Source: a virus. Taken from it: DNA of 64,000 nucleotides. Position 1 is the first letter of the stretch. The number at the start of each line of letters is the position of its first letter. The notes beneath the pieces were generated by a model, which worked only from the letters and a program-made list of their open reading frames with translations, was not told where the DNA came from and did not search any database. The DNA is taken from the IMG/VR virus record IMGVR_UViG_3300036766_001333, positions 1 to 64,000 of that record, one strand, 5' to 3'. A program made the position numbers and the translations under genes. Shown here piece after piece: positions 1-9,549 of the stretch.

Positions 1-598
1 CTTCTACCGAAATATTGATTTTCATTTCTGGAATTCTAAGATGATTAGCCAAATTGTGCTTTTTAGCATCTTTTGATGTAAGATACCAATCTGCATGTCC
101 ACGTTCATGAATTATGTCAAGAAAATAGCTTTCTTTCTGGCCACAATTTTTAGAAAGTAATTTAAAAACAAGGGTATTTAGCCTATCAGTTTCATCAGCA
201 TCGGCCTTCAAATCCTCTACTTTACCATATTGAAAGCTAGAAACTTCATGAATCATTAGGGTTGCGTTCGGGGCAATAAAGCGAAATCCTTCTTTGCCAA
301 AGCCAAAAAGTATAGCTCCTGCACTCATTGCTTTTGATTCACAAACAGTAGCAACAGGCAATTTTGAATTTTGGATTTCAGCATACAGGGATAAAAGACT
401 GTAAACTGATCCTCCATAACTGTCAACTACAATAGGGATTACGTTTTGGCCTGTTTCATGGGCTTTTGCCATGTTTTCGGCAAATTTTTCTACCGTTTCT
501 TCATTAAATTTATTAATTCTTATGACAACTGGCGGCTCAATTAAATCGGCATAATTCTTAATTTTAATTTTTGGATCAACATTTAAATATTTAAGCAC
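1..598 (-). CDS. clpP: ATP-dependent Clp protease proteolytic subunit (3' end beyond window edge)
   Basis: Not in ORF track. Hand translation from GTG at 598 (GGAG upstream) gives ...IVVDSYGGSV...KAMSAGAIL...NATLMIHEVSS, matching ClpP S-x-GG, catalytic Ser (AMSAG) and MIH motifs. Frame open to window edge. Confidence 0.9.
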   Translation of the reverse strand, partial: MLKYLNVDPKIKIKNYADLIEPPVVIRINKFNEETVEKFAENMAKAHETGQNVIPIVVDSYGGSVYSLLSLYAEIQNSKLPVATVCESKAMSAGAILFGFGKEGFRFIAPNATLMIHEVSSFQYGKVEDLKADADETDRLNTLVFKLLSKNCGQKESYFLDIIHERGHADWYLTSKDAKKHNLANHLRIPEMKINISVE

Positions 599-805
599 TT
601 AGATTATCTCCCAAATATTATTTTCTGAAATAAACCGTTCTTCTTGACGTTTAATTAATTCAGAACGAGCTTTTTGTAATTCTTCAATTAACGCTTGCAT
701 CATTATAGGATTATCATAAATTACTTTATTTTTCAAGCCCTCTATAGAAACACCCTCTGAAATTAATTTAATTTTAATCATATTAGTCCTTATTTTATAA
801 TACAC
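599..805 (-). CDS. hypothetical protein (68 aa)
   Basis: ORF track; stop abuts the clpP start codon. Confidence 0.55.
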   Translation of the reverse strand: MYYKIRTNMIKIKLISEGVSIEGLKNKVIYDNPIMMQALIEELQKARSELIKRQEERFISENNIWEII

Positions 806-835
806 TCATCTTTTTTATCTATCCCTAAAGCCGTC

Positions 836-864
836 TTGATTTTTTCAAGATCAGTATATAAAAT
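836..864 (+). promoter_or_regulatory. sigma70-like promoter for the glycosylase gene
   Basis: TTGATT-N17-TAAAAT in the divergent intergenic gap. Confidence 0.45.
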
Positions 865-893
865 AGTAACTTACTTATTTTGGTATTATAAAA

Positions 894-1481
894 ATGATAG
901 ATGCAACAAAAATCACAAACTATAATCTTGATACTTATGGATTACAGCAGCATATTCTTTTCTGGATTTGTGCATCAGGGAAAAACGGGGTTACTGCTGC
1001 TAAATCCCTTCATGGTCTATTACAAATACTAAAATATAAATGTAATATTGATACATTCCCTATAGTTAATGATTTGTCTCCTTTTGAAATGATTAAGCAG
1101 CAAAAAAGACATCTTGTTTATTTCATGAAGGCAGCAGGGATCGGATGTTATAATTTAAAATCAAAGACTTTTTTGGATTTAGCTTCTAGCAATCTTGATT
1201 TAAAGAATTGTACTTCTATTGATTTAGAGAACATTAAAGGAATTGGTCCCAAGACAGCGAAGTGTTTTATCATTCACACTCGGCGTGATGCTAAGTGTTC
1301 TGGTTTGGATAGACATATATTAACATTCTTAAGAGATAAGGGGTATAATGCTCCCCTTAGTACGCCTTCAAGTAAAAAAGAATATGGTCGTCTTGAACAA
1401 ATATTTCTAAATTTAGTACCTAAAGATAAAACAATAGCTGAGTTTGATTTGAGTATATGGCTAGAATACAGAAGTAAGTAA
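894..1481 (+). CDS. HhH-superfamily DNA glycosylase/AP lyase (Ogg-like)
   Basis: LENIKGIGPKTA helix-hairpin-helix with catalytic Lys, followed by LDRHI (catalytic Asp), as in 8-oxoguanine glycosylases. Confidence 0.75.
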   Translation: MIDATKITNYNLDTYGLQQHILFWICASGKNGVTAAKSLHGLLQILKYKCNIDTFPIVNDLSPFEMIKQQKRHLVYFMKAAGIGCYNLKSKTFLDLASSNLDLKNCTSIDLENIKGIGPKTAKCFIIHTRRDAKCSGLDRHILTFLRDKGYNAPLSTPSSKKEYGRLEQIFLNLVPKDKTIAEFDLSIWLEYRSK

Positions 1482-1498
1482 TAGATCAATCATGAAAT

Positions 1499-1819
1499 TT
1501 AGTTTTTACAATTTTTCTCATTTTCTAGCCATTCTAGAAACTTTCTATACACTACACTATATGATTTTCCCCATATAATTCCATGAAAATCATATTCTTT
1601 TTCCCAGGATAAAACATGACTTATTTCATGAAGCAGCACGTCGATGGCATAATATTCAGGTAATTTTTTTTCAATTCTTATTAAAAACTTATTATTTTTA
1701 AATCTACAATCCCCATCAATTCCATTAGGAAGAGATGCTCTTTTTACTTGAATATTTAACAAAGGATTTAATGTTGATTTAAGAAACTTTGAAAGTTTAT
1801 AGAATCTAATAAGCTTCAT
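1499..1819 (-). CDS. small zincin metallopeptidase (SprT/ImmA-like)
   Basis: LLHEISH HExxH motif with downstream HG..W. Confidence 0.65.
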   Translation of the reverse strand: MKLIRFYKLSKFLKSTLNPLLNIQVKRASLPNGIDGDCRFKNNKFLIRIEKKLPEYYAIDVLLHEISHVLSWEKEYDFHGIIWGKSYSVVYRKFLEWLENEKNCKN

Positions 1820-1828
1820 TAATTATAT

Positions 1829-2486
1829 CTAGATTGTTTGATTTGTTCTTTTTACAACATCATGCACAATTACCGTTTGAAGATTAGGCCATTGAGTTTT
1901 TAAATTTTTACCAAGTTGCACAAATTGATTTATATGATCCTCTCTATCATCCCAAATTTCCAGGATTTTTATATTATTATTCATTAAATGACTGTCAATA
2001 GCAAAGGCTTTATATGAAAAAGTATCATTGCCTTTAGGATATCCTGATTTTTTTACCAAATTGAGATGATTTTTAAAAAAATAATCATCTGCGGTAATAC
2101 CATAAGCTTGTAAAATTTCTTTTACTCTAGGTTCCATTTTACTGTGCCGTCCAGTCATAACAACAACATGTGTAGTTGGATCAGCCTTATCTCTTTGTAA
2201 AGCTTGAAACACTTCCTGATTTAATTTGTCGGGAGTCGGTTCAAAAATAGGAGATCGCAAAGTCTCGTCTCTCCCATACCAGCCAACTCTCCTAAATTTA
2301 GGATCGAATCCATGTTTTTCTGCTGTTTCTTTATCTGGAATTTTCCAAGGCTTTCCCCCAGCTTCATATTTTGGAATTCCTTCTTCGGGAGTTGGAGTAT
2401 TAACCAAAGTGTTGTCGAAGTCAAAAAATAACCAGGCGAGTTTTGCCTGACCCCACTTCCTCAAAGAATTTTTTAAAGTTTAACAT
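1829..2486 (-). CDS. HAD-family phosphatase, Swiss-Army-knife RNA-repair type; +1 frameshift near 2423
   Basis: FDFDNTL (motif I), VMTGR (motif II), IWDDREDH (motif IV). ATG at 2486 gives MLNFKKFFEEVGSGKTRLVIF-TGA, which joins DFDNT after a +1 shift. The ORF track starts at TTG 2464 instead. Confidence 0.75.
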
Positions 2487-2489
2487 ATA

Positions 2490-3167
2490 TTAGTTACGTT
2501 TTCTATTTAAATTTCCTTCATATAGAATCCCATTTATTGTCCGTGTAGTTGCCCACATTGGACGCAAATTATTTAACGCATTAACTATTTTTACATTTGT
2601 ATTGGGGTCAAACGTGTGAACTTGACAAATATGATCGACATGCCATTCTTTTCCATAATTCTCCCAAGACATTTCAGGAGTCCACAGTTTTTCTAAATGC
2701 ACTTTTAGTTCCTCTGCATTATATCCTAACATTTCATATGTAGAATTGATTTTGGCTTGCTTTAACTTAAGCAAAGCAGTCCTTAATAAACTTCTCCATA
2801 AAACAATATGTTTATTTTTGTTTTTCCAATTTATTGATGCAGTATTTCTTTTAAGTTTAAATTCAGGAGATTCTTTGTTATCTTTATAAAATTTATTGGC
2901 TCTTGTCTTAATTTTTTCAGCGTTGTTGGCATAATGTTTTGTTTTATATTCCTTTACTATTTGTGGATTTTTGACAGCCCTTTCCCTAGACCTTTCTATG
3001 GTTATTTCCTTGTTTTCTAAATACCACTCATGCTGTCGAACTTTAATTTGGGGTTTATTAGCCTTAAGTTTTTTACATTCTTTGCAATAAGAATGAAATC
3101 CTTTGCCTCGTCTATGAAATTCAGTAACAGGTTTTACAAACTTACAAGAAGCACATGATTTTTCCAT
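2490..3167 (-). CDS. HNH homing endonuclease with N-terminal Zn finger
   Basis: CxxC...CKEC N-terminus; MSWENYGKEWHVDHI...NNLRPMWA...N HNH core; sits between HAD and CCA genes. Confidence 0.8.
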   Translation of the reverse strand: MEKSCASCKFVKPVTEFHRRGKGFHSYCKECKKLKANKPQIKVRQHEWYLENKEITIERSRERAVKNPQIVKEYKTKHYANNAEKIKTRANKFYKDNKESPEFKLKRNTASINWKNKNKHIVLWRSLLRTALLKLKQAKINSTYEMLGYNAEELKVHLEKLWTPEMSWENYGKEWHVDHICQVHTFDPNTNVKIVNALNNLRPMWATTRTINGILYEGNLNRKRN

Positions 3168-3188
3168 GTACTAATTTAGTAATTTTCC

Positions 3189-4748
3189 TTAAAAGAAAGA
3201 TTCATTTGGCTTCCTGAGATTATTTTTGAATTTTTCAGTTTCAATATGCCTTATAGCATCACCAAATTCTACTCCTTGTGGAGTTTTTCCAAGATGCGAT
3301 ACTATATCAGGATTAACAACCCTATTGCCAAATTCATCTTTGACATAACCTTTTGTGTCCATCTTGTGATCTGCAAATGTATCAACTGCATCTTTATTAT
3401 GCTTATTCATTTCGCCCCATTGTTTTACCAAGCTAGGCACGAGACTAGTACGATCCATTCCAGATTTCATATCATAAAATCCACCTTTACCACGTTCCTC
3501 TTTCATGCCGTGGAAAAACTCATCATCGGCTTTTCCATGCTTAGAGAACCAGCGATGAAGTTTAATTAAATGCACAATGTCATTAATTTCATTATTTTGC
3601 CAAGTACCTTTAGCCAACACTTCTTTTACATCTTCTGGTTCATTGAATCTTAAAATCCAAGCGATAGCTAATCTTTTTTCTTTTTTGTCGCTAAAGTCCT
3701 TATTCGTGTCCAGTTTGAAAATCATATCTGGAAATACTCTGTTTAACAAACCTAGTTGTTTATAAAATTTAATATATTTGACAGCATCAATATCTGGATG
3801 CTCTAGTCCTTTAATAAATTCATCTCTAATACGTTCTTCACTAACTGATTTAAGGTCTTTAACTTCTTCAATAGCCTTTTTATATTCATCTGGAATCTTT
3901 TCCTCTTTGCCATATCTTGCTAAAAATCTAACATATCTCAAAGCTCTAAGTTGATCTTCTTCGAGGCGATCTTTTGGATTGCCGATAAATCTGACTTGTC
4001 CTTGTTTTAAGTGATGGATGCCGCCATGTGGATCAAGCAATTTATTGTTAGGACCATCTGGATTTGTCAATGGAATATACATTGCATTGATTGTCAAATC
4101 TCTTCTAGATGAATCTTCTTCTAAAGAAGGTGTAAATTCCATTTTATCTGGAGTCCTTCCATCACCTGATTTGGAATCTTTTCTAAAAGTAGCAATTTCA
4201 AATTCTCGACCCTTGCTACCAGGAGAAAGCTTGATTCTAGCACCAATTACGAATTCTCTTCCAGACCGATCCCAACCTTTTGCATAAAATATCTTACTTT
4301 TATCACCACCTTCTTCAAGTTTATCATATTTTTTATCTAGAGTCATATGTTTGCCAGTTTGCGGTTTGACCTCAGTAAACCCAGCGAACTTAAGAATTGA
4401 TCTAATTTCATCTGGAGTTGCTTCAGTAGCAAGGTCATAATCTTTTGGTTCTTGATTATTTAAATGTGCAACAGTTGCGCCACCTACTAACCTTAAGGTT
4501 TTCTTTTTCATCTTAGGTTCAACTTCACCACTTTTATCCATAGTTGTAGTATGATTAGGATAACCAACTGGTATATTTGGACTATCTTCAAAGGCTTTTA
4601 TTAAAATTCTCAAATCAGGATGATTCTGCCTGTCTACAATGAAAGGCTTATATGGAGAATCATCACTTAATTTAAGTTCTGATGCCACATGCTTTTCTTC
4701 TTTTTCTTCGCCTTCTCTAAACATCAAATATTCTGAAAAATTTTTCAT
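3189..4748 (-). CDS. cca: class II tRNA nucleotidyltransferase (CCA-adding enzyme)
   Basis: LVGG...KDYDLAT (DxD), EIATFR, RRDLTINAM, EDQLRALR (EDxxR), VSEERIRDE. Confidence 0.9.
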   Translation of the reverse strand: MKNFSEYLMFREGEEKEEKHVASELKLSDDSPYKPFIVDRQNHPDLRILIKAFEDSPNIPVGYPNHTTTMDKSGEVEPKMKKKTLRLVGGATVAHLNNQEPKDYDLATEATPDEIRSILKFAGFTEVKPQTGKHMTLDKKYDKLEEGGDKSKIFYAKGWDRSGREFVIGARIKLSPGSKGREFEIATFRKDSKSGDGRTPDKMEFTPSLEEDSSRRDLTINAMYIPLTNPDGPNNKLLDPHGGIHHLKQGQVRFIGNPKDRLEEDQLRALRYVRFLARYGKEEKIPDEYKKAIEEVKDLKSVSEERIRDEFIKGLEHPDIDAVKYIKFYKQLGLLNRVFPDMIFKLDTNKDFSDKKEKRLAIAWILRFNEPEDVKEVLAKGTWQNNEINDIVHLIKLHRWFSKHGKADDEFFHGMKEERGKGGFYDMKSGMDRTSLVPSLVKQWGEMNKHNKDAVDTFADHKMDTKGYVKDEFGNRVVNPDIVSHLGKTPQGVEFGDAIRHIETEKFKNNLRKPNESFF

Positions 4749-4757
4749 GATATATAT

Positions 4758-5159
4758 TTATGGTCTAATTCCTAGTTTCCAAAGGATAATCCCGCCAATA
4801 ACAATAACAATTATATTAAATGCTATACTTATTAAGTTTTTCCATTTGTCTGTATAGTTAAGAGTCAGTACTTCCATTACGGCAACTTTTTGTTGAAGTT
4901 GATTAAAAAGTTTCATTCCTTGTTGTAATTCTTTAACATCTGCCGTTAAAACGGAAATATCTTTATATACACCATTCTTATTTTCTAAAATACTAATTCT
5001 AGAAGTTATACTTTCTTGACGTTCTATTAACTTATCAATTCTGTCATTTAGATCGCTATAAGTTTCTACAAGATTCTTGACACGTTCATCAATACGTGAG
5101 GTTAAATCATACATCATTTTCATAGAATCTGAAACTTCACAATAGAATTTGTCTTCCAT
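4758..5159 (-). CDS. coiled-coil protein with C-terminal transmembrane helix (holin/XhlA-like architecture)
   Basis: Heptad-rich body and hydrophobic tail ISIAFNIIVIVIGGIILWK; probable start MEDKF at 5159. Confidence 0.5.
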   Translation of the reverse strand: MEDKFYCEVSDSMKMMYDLTSRIDERVKNLVETYSDLNDRIDKLIERQESITSRISILENKNGVYKDISVLTADVKELQQGMKLFNQLQQKVAVMEVLTLNYTDKWKNLISIAFNIIVIVIGGIILWKLGIRP

Positions 5160-5177
5160 GAACTTATATATCATATA

Positions 5178-5660
5178 ATGAACGAACATAATAAGCAATT
5201 GGAAGAAAAAGAACCATCGGAGTTAATGGTTCCAGAAACTAAAGAGGTATCTGAGTTAGTGCCGCCAATGAATGTTAATTTGCCCGCTCAACAAACCCAG
5301 CAAAGCACAGAGCTTTCCAATCTAGTCCCTGATGAGAATTTAGTAGGAATGTTCGGAGAAATTATAGACGATTTAAGAAGCAATGAAAAAGAAATTGATG
5401 GATTAATTAATAATTTTTCAGAAATGGTTATGCATGAAGGGGATGCTACTAGTGCCAGTAAAGAAGCATTAGTTAATTTAATAAAAATTAAATCAGAATT
5501 AGCTGATAAAAAGACTAAAGTGGCAGATTTAATGACAAGAATAAAATTAAAATCCAGAGATACGTTCCCTCTTTATTTATCAGCAAAACAAGAAAATAGA
5601 ATTACTATAGATAAGAGGCAAATTATAAAGGACACAACAAAAAACGAAAAGAGTCATTAA
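5178..5660 (+). CDS. hypothetical helical protein (weak resemblance to a terminase small subunit)
   Basis: 160-aa ORF; helical core KEALVNLIKIKSELADKK. Confidence 0.5.
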   Translation: MNEHNKQLEEKEPSELMVPETKEVSELVPPMNVNLPAQQTQQSTELSNLVPDENLVGMFGEIIDDLRSNEKEIDGLINNFSEMVMHEGDATSASKEALVNLIKIKSELADKKTKVADLMTRIKLKSRDTFPLYLSAKQENRITIDKRQIIKDTTKNEKSH

Positions 5661-6573
5661 AGTTAAGTCCATTTTTAACTCTATTTTTCATATAACAAAT
5701 AGCATGTCCTTTCCTGCCCCAATTCATATAAAATGTAGCCAAGGCTTCTTTAAATATCAATTTTAAATTATTTTCATCTATTAGTAATGATTTATGCGAA
5801 CTACTAAATTCAGTATACTTAATCATTGATTTTTTATATTTGTATCCTTTGACTTCTACCCATAAATTCAGCGTAGGCAGATAAAAATCTGGAATATACC
5901 AAACTTTTAATTTTCCAATGATTAATTTAAATTTTCTTGGCTCATATTTAAATGGAATATTGAGGTGTTCAAATGCTAGTGCTATAATTAATTCAAATCC
6001 TGATCTATAGTAAATGCCCTTGTACTTTAATTTTTTAATATTTTTTCTGCCTTGAATGCATCCACATGATCTAATTGTATTTCTTCTTAAGTGTTTTCCA
6101 TCCACAATAGTCATTGCATTACAATTATGACATTTACATTTCCAACGGGCTTGCCCAGATTTAGTGGAGCCTGCTCGACCTATAACTTCTAAATATCCAG
6201 ATTTTTTGCCAATCATATCAATGGCAAGTTCGCCTTTCAAACACCCACAAGATTTTGTATTTCCAGAGAGTAAGTTGTTACTTTTTACAGTTATATTATT
6301 ACCACAATTACACCTACAAAGGAAAATAAGGTTCTTTATACATTTAATAACTAATAATCTACCATATTTTTTACCAATCTTGATTTGTATACAATGTCCA
6401 CAAGATGTGGTGTGACCATTTTGCAAATTATTACTATAAGTTACAACTTCATTGCCGCAACTACACTTACATAAAAAACAAGAAGTATGGCCTTTATGTT
6501 TTTCGTATTTTAATACAATTAACTTGCCAAACTTTCTACCAGATAAATCTTTATAAAACCCTTTTTTCGGCAT
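5623..6573 (-). CDS. homing-type endonuclease: three Cys-rich repeats plus T7 endonuclease I-like PD-(D/E)XK domain
   Basis: 3x G.K.G.L.V...C.C.C...SCG repeats; YRSGFE, FKYEP, YIPDFYLP, VEVKG. Confidence 0.8.
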   Translation of the reverse strand: MPKKGFYKDLSGRKFGKLIVLKYEKHKGHTSCFLCKCSCGNEVVTYSNNLQNGHTTSCGHCIQIKIGKKYGRLLVIKCIKNLIFLCRCNCGNNITVKSNNLLSGNTKSCGCLKGELAIDMIGKKSGYLEVIGRAGSTKSGQARWKCKCHNCNAMTIVDGKHLRRNTIRSCGCIQGRKNIKKLKYKGIYYRSGFELIIALAFEHLNIPFKYEPRKFKLIIGKLKVWYIPDFYLPTLNLWVEVKGYKYKKSMIKYTEFSSSHKSLLIDENNLKLIFKEALATFYMNWGRKGHAICYMKNRVKNGLNFNDSFRFLLCPL

Positions 6574-6641
6574 GAAAGCATTGTCATAAATTATTTTAAA
6601 AATAGCAATGCTAATTTATTAAATTGGAAAGTAAATAAGAT

Positions 6642-7970
6642 ATGGCAACTATCAATTTAGAAGATTGGCTCTTTCATGAACAAGGAGCGTATGGCACAGG
6701 TACAGACACAATGGATACTCCAGGTGGACCTCCAACATCTGATCCTAATATGGGAGGCATGGCAGTAGCACCTTCCCCCGGAGGCGATCCAAATATAACA
6801 AATCCAGCGAAACAAATGGCAGGATCAGCGAAAGAAAAAGACCCTAACCAGGAACTCCCTGATGTAACCAATGATCCGCAAACTCCTGACATGCCAAGTG
6901 ATTCAGAAAAAGAATCTCTTGATTTTGAAAGATGGAAGAAAAATTTCATTGTTGAATCTATTAAAGGAGATGTTCAAACAATGAAAATGGCTCTTATGGA
7001 CGTAAGGGATCGTGAATTAGATACTTATCAACATAAATTTGTTGAAGATAACTATCAGATTATTCTTTTAAGAGAATCTTCAAACATAGAAAAAGCTTCA
7101 ACTGAGCTTAGGAAAGAAATAAAGAGCAATTTAGATCAAAATAATCCAGCCAGTTCAATTGTTAATCACATGATAACAGTATTGCAAAAACAACCATTGC
7201 TTAATAATTGCTTTATAAAAATGACTGGTTTACTTGGCTCAAAGTCTGATGCTCATCGTAAATTTATTGCTGGGTTGACTGGCAGTGTTCAAGTAGGTAA
7301 TGGAGCCATCAATGAAGATTTAATTTTAAATGAGAAAGAATATTCTGCTCGTATCTCTACAAGATTTAATTCAAGATTTGGTGAAGTTCATATAGGACAG
7401 TGGTGTTTAAGAACTGATGATCCAGCTAGATATTTAAAGCCTCCAGAGCTTAAAAGATTAGAGGATGGTTCTCCAGAAGAAAAAGACGTTCTTAGAAGAA
7501 GAATAGTCATGGAATCAATAGCCGACACCTTTAAGACTAGAGCTTTCATTATTAATGTGGTTGGAACAGATGGCACGATCTATACTTTAGGTTGGGATAT
7601 TGCTACATCTTTAAAAGAAGCTTATACAGAAGGCAAATTAGTAGTTAGAACTAAAAGTGATGATAGTAGTGAGGCTATGATTACTGATGACGGAGAAATC
7701 GTATCATTTGCTGAAATCAAGATAATGTATATCCAAAATACAAGAGAAGTTGATGAAGAAGGCAAACCAGAGAAAAAAGAAATAGAATTTATATCATCCA
7801 AATATGGCCAATTGTTCTTAACGGCACAGCTTCCGATACTAAGAGAAGCTTCTACTTCATTCCAAGGTATAATTTTAAAAGAAATGCCGTGGCAAGGTAA
7901 TCCTAGCGACCTATTAACCCTTAGAAGGTGTGTCCCAAGTTTGCTTGAATTGTTATTAAGAACTTGTTAA
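6642..7970 (+). CDS. hypothetical protein (442 aa) with Pro/Gly-rich N-terminus, possible virion protein
   Basis: Long ORF; TAAATA 4 nt before ATG; leader MATINLEDWLFHE. Confidence 0.6.
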   Translation: MATINLEDWLFHEQGAYGTGTDTMDTPGGPPTSDPNMGGMAVAPSPGGDPNITNPAKQMAGSAKEKDPNQELPDVTNDPQTPDMPSDSEKESLDFERWKKNFIVESIKGDVQTMKMALMDVRDRELDTYQHKFVEDNYQIILLRESSNIEKASTELRKEIKSNLDQNNPASSIVNHMITVLQKQPLLNNCFIKMTGLLGSKSDAHRKFIAGLTGSVQVGNGAINEDLILNEKEYSARISTRFNSRFGEVHIGQWCLRTDDPARYLKPPELKRLEDGSPEEKDVLRRRIVMESIADTFKTRAFIINVVGTDGTIYTLGWDIATSLKEAYTEGKLVVRTKSDDSSEAMITDDGEIVSFAEIKIMYIQNTREVDEEGKPEKKEIEFISSKYGQLFLTAQLPILREASTSFQGIILKEMPWQGNPSDLLTLRRCVPSLLELLLRTC

Positions 7971-7978
7971 TCTATGGT

Positions 7979-9001
7979 ATGAATAAAATAAATCAAGAAA
8001 CAGCACAGCAAATAATAGATTTGTATGTTGGAGGGCAAACCTATAAAGGTCTTGCTTCGAAGTTTAATTTGTATTTTTCCACGATTGCCAAAATAGTACA
8101 TGGAAAAATTTGGAAACAATGTGTAAGACCAAGCAATATTAAAGAGATTACAAATCAAAGACAAAAAGAAACAGAATTTAAAATAGGCAGGATGGAACAA
8201 TTACACGCCAGTTATCCTCCTTTAACAACTTATCAAAAAGATATAATTAATGGCTCTTTGTTAGGAGATGGAACCATTAAAAAATTTGATGAAATTCATC
8301 CAAATTCAAATTTCTGCAAATTACAATGTGCAAGATTTAAAGAATACACTGATTGGCACTATGAAGTTTTAAAGCCTTATAGTTCTTGTATTGTGAAACA
8401 TTCTCAAGAAATCGAAGGAAGAATCTTTAAAGGATTTGCTACTATCACACACCATCATCCAGTTTTTACAGAATATAGAAAAAAATGGTATCCAAATGGA
8501 ACAAAGATCGTTCCCGAAGATTTAGAATTAAATCCTTTAATTATAGCAATATGGTTTTTTGATGATGGAAACAACTCCTATAGTAAAAGACAGGTTAGGT
8601 TTTACACTCAAGGATTTCAAGTAGATGAGGCTGATTTTTTGGCAGAAAAACTAAAATGTTTTGAAATTAAGTCTAGTGTATTAATAAGAATTTCACGTAA
8701 AACAGGGAAGAAACAACCGTACTTATCTGTAAATGGTCCAAGTTACGACAATCTTATTAACTTAATTGCTCCGCATTGCAAGTGGAAATGTTTTGAATAT
8801 AAGGTTAAACACAGAAAAGCTATTAAACAATGGGAACAAGATCAAGTCAAGTTATCAGAAGATAAAGTCAGAAAAATATTTTTACTTAAAAAAGATTATA
8901 CAAATAAAGAAATTGCCAGGAAATTTACCGTACATCACGGAACTATATCAAGAATTATCAATGGCGGGTCTTGGAAGCATCTCAATTTAGCAAATAAATA
9001 A
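7979..9001 (+). CDS. LAGLIDADG homing endonuclease with terminal HTH domains
   Basis: GSLLGDG and AIWFFDDG motifs; HTH-like LASKFNL..STIAKIV and IARKFTV..GTISRII. Confidence 0.85.
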   Translation: MNKINQETAQQIIDLYVGGQTYKGLASKFNLYFSTIAKIVHGKIWKQCVRPSNIKEITNQRQKETEFKIGRMEQLHASYPPLTTYQKDIINGSLLGDGTIKKFDEIHPNSNFCKLQCARFKEYTDWHYEVLKPYSSCIVKHSQEIEGRIFKGFATITHHHPVFTEYRKKWYPNGTKIVPEDLELNPLIIAIWFFDDGNNSYSKRQVRFYTQGFQVDEADFLAEKLKCFEIKSSVLIRISRKTGKKQPYLSVNGPSYDNLINLIAPHCKWKCFEYKVKHRKAIKQWEQDQVKLSEDKVRKIFLLKKDYTNKEIARKFTVHHGTISRIINGGSWKHLNLANK

Positions 9002-9025
9002 AAATATAATTTCATACATATAAAC

Positions 9026-9529
9026 ATGAAACCTTTTAAGGCATTTATAGATCATAAACATCGAGAATCTAGAAAACAACTTAAGCTTATTGAGAAAGTG
9101 CTAGAATCTCAAGGAATGCAAGTTAAAGATTTTTTAAAAGAAGACGATCCATACATCTTTATTTTGAACCCTATTAAAGAAGCTGGGTTTGATGGCATAA
9201 GATTATATAAAATTGGCGAAACCATTGCATTTAGGGTTCAAAAGAGAGAGAAGACACATCCATTTGGTGCAGCTTATGAACTTCCTGTAGAAGAAATGTT
9301 TGATGATATCTTGACAGATGTAAGAAATCCAGAAAAAGCTGGCAAAGAAGTAATTAAATTTGTCACTGAAGAAGTCAAAAGATTTTTTAAGAAGAGTGCT
9401 GAAGCGGCAGAGCAAATCAGAGGCAATATTAACTTCGATAATGACCAACAGCCTTGGAATAATAAGATAGTAATGCGCACAAATGAATTGGGTATTGACT
9501 TTGCAAATATGGTTTACACAAAAGGCTAA
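9026..9529 (+). CDS. hypothetical protein (167 aa)
   Basis: ORF track; leader MKPFKAFID; TACATA upstream. Confidence 0.6.
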   Translation: MKPFKAFIDHKHRESRKQLKLIEKVLESQGMQVKDFLKEDDPYIFILNPIKEAGFDGIRLYKIGETIAFRVQKREKTHPFGAAYELPVEEMFDDILTDVRNPEKAGKEVIKFVTEEVKRFFKKSAEAAEQIRGNINFDNDQQPWNNKIVMRTNELGIDFANMVYTKG

Positions 9530-9549
9530 ATTATACTACATAAATCTAA

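Noticed and set aside
5178-5660. Firm terminase small subunit call
   Set aside because: Only vague helical resemblance and about 48 kb from terL
7964-9001. Group I introns around the LAGLIDADG genes (also 51866-52735)
   Set aside because: ORFs abut their neighbours with no room for a ribozyme core, and flanking genes look complete
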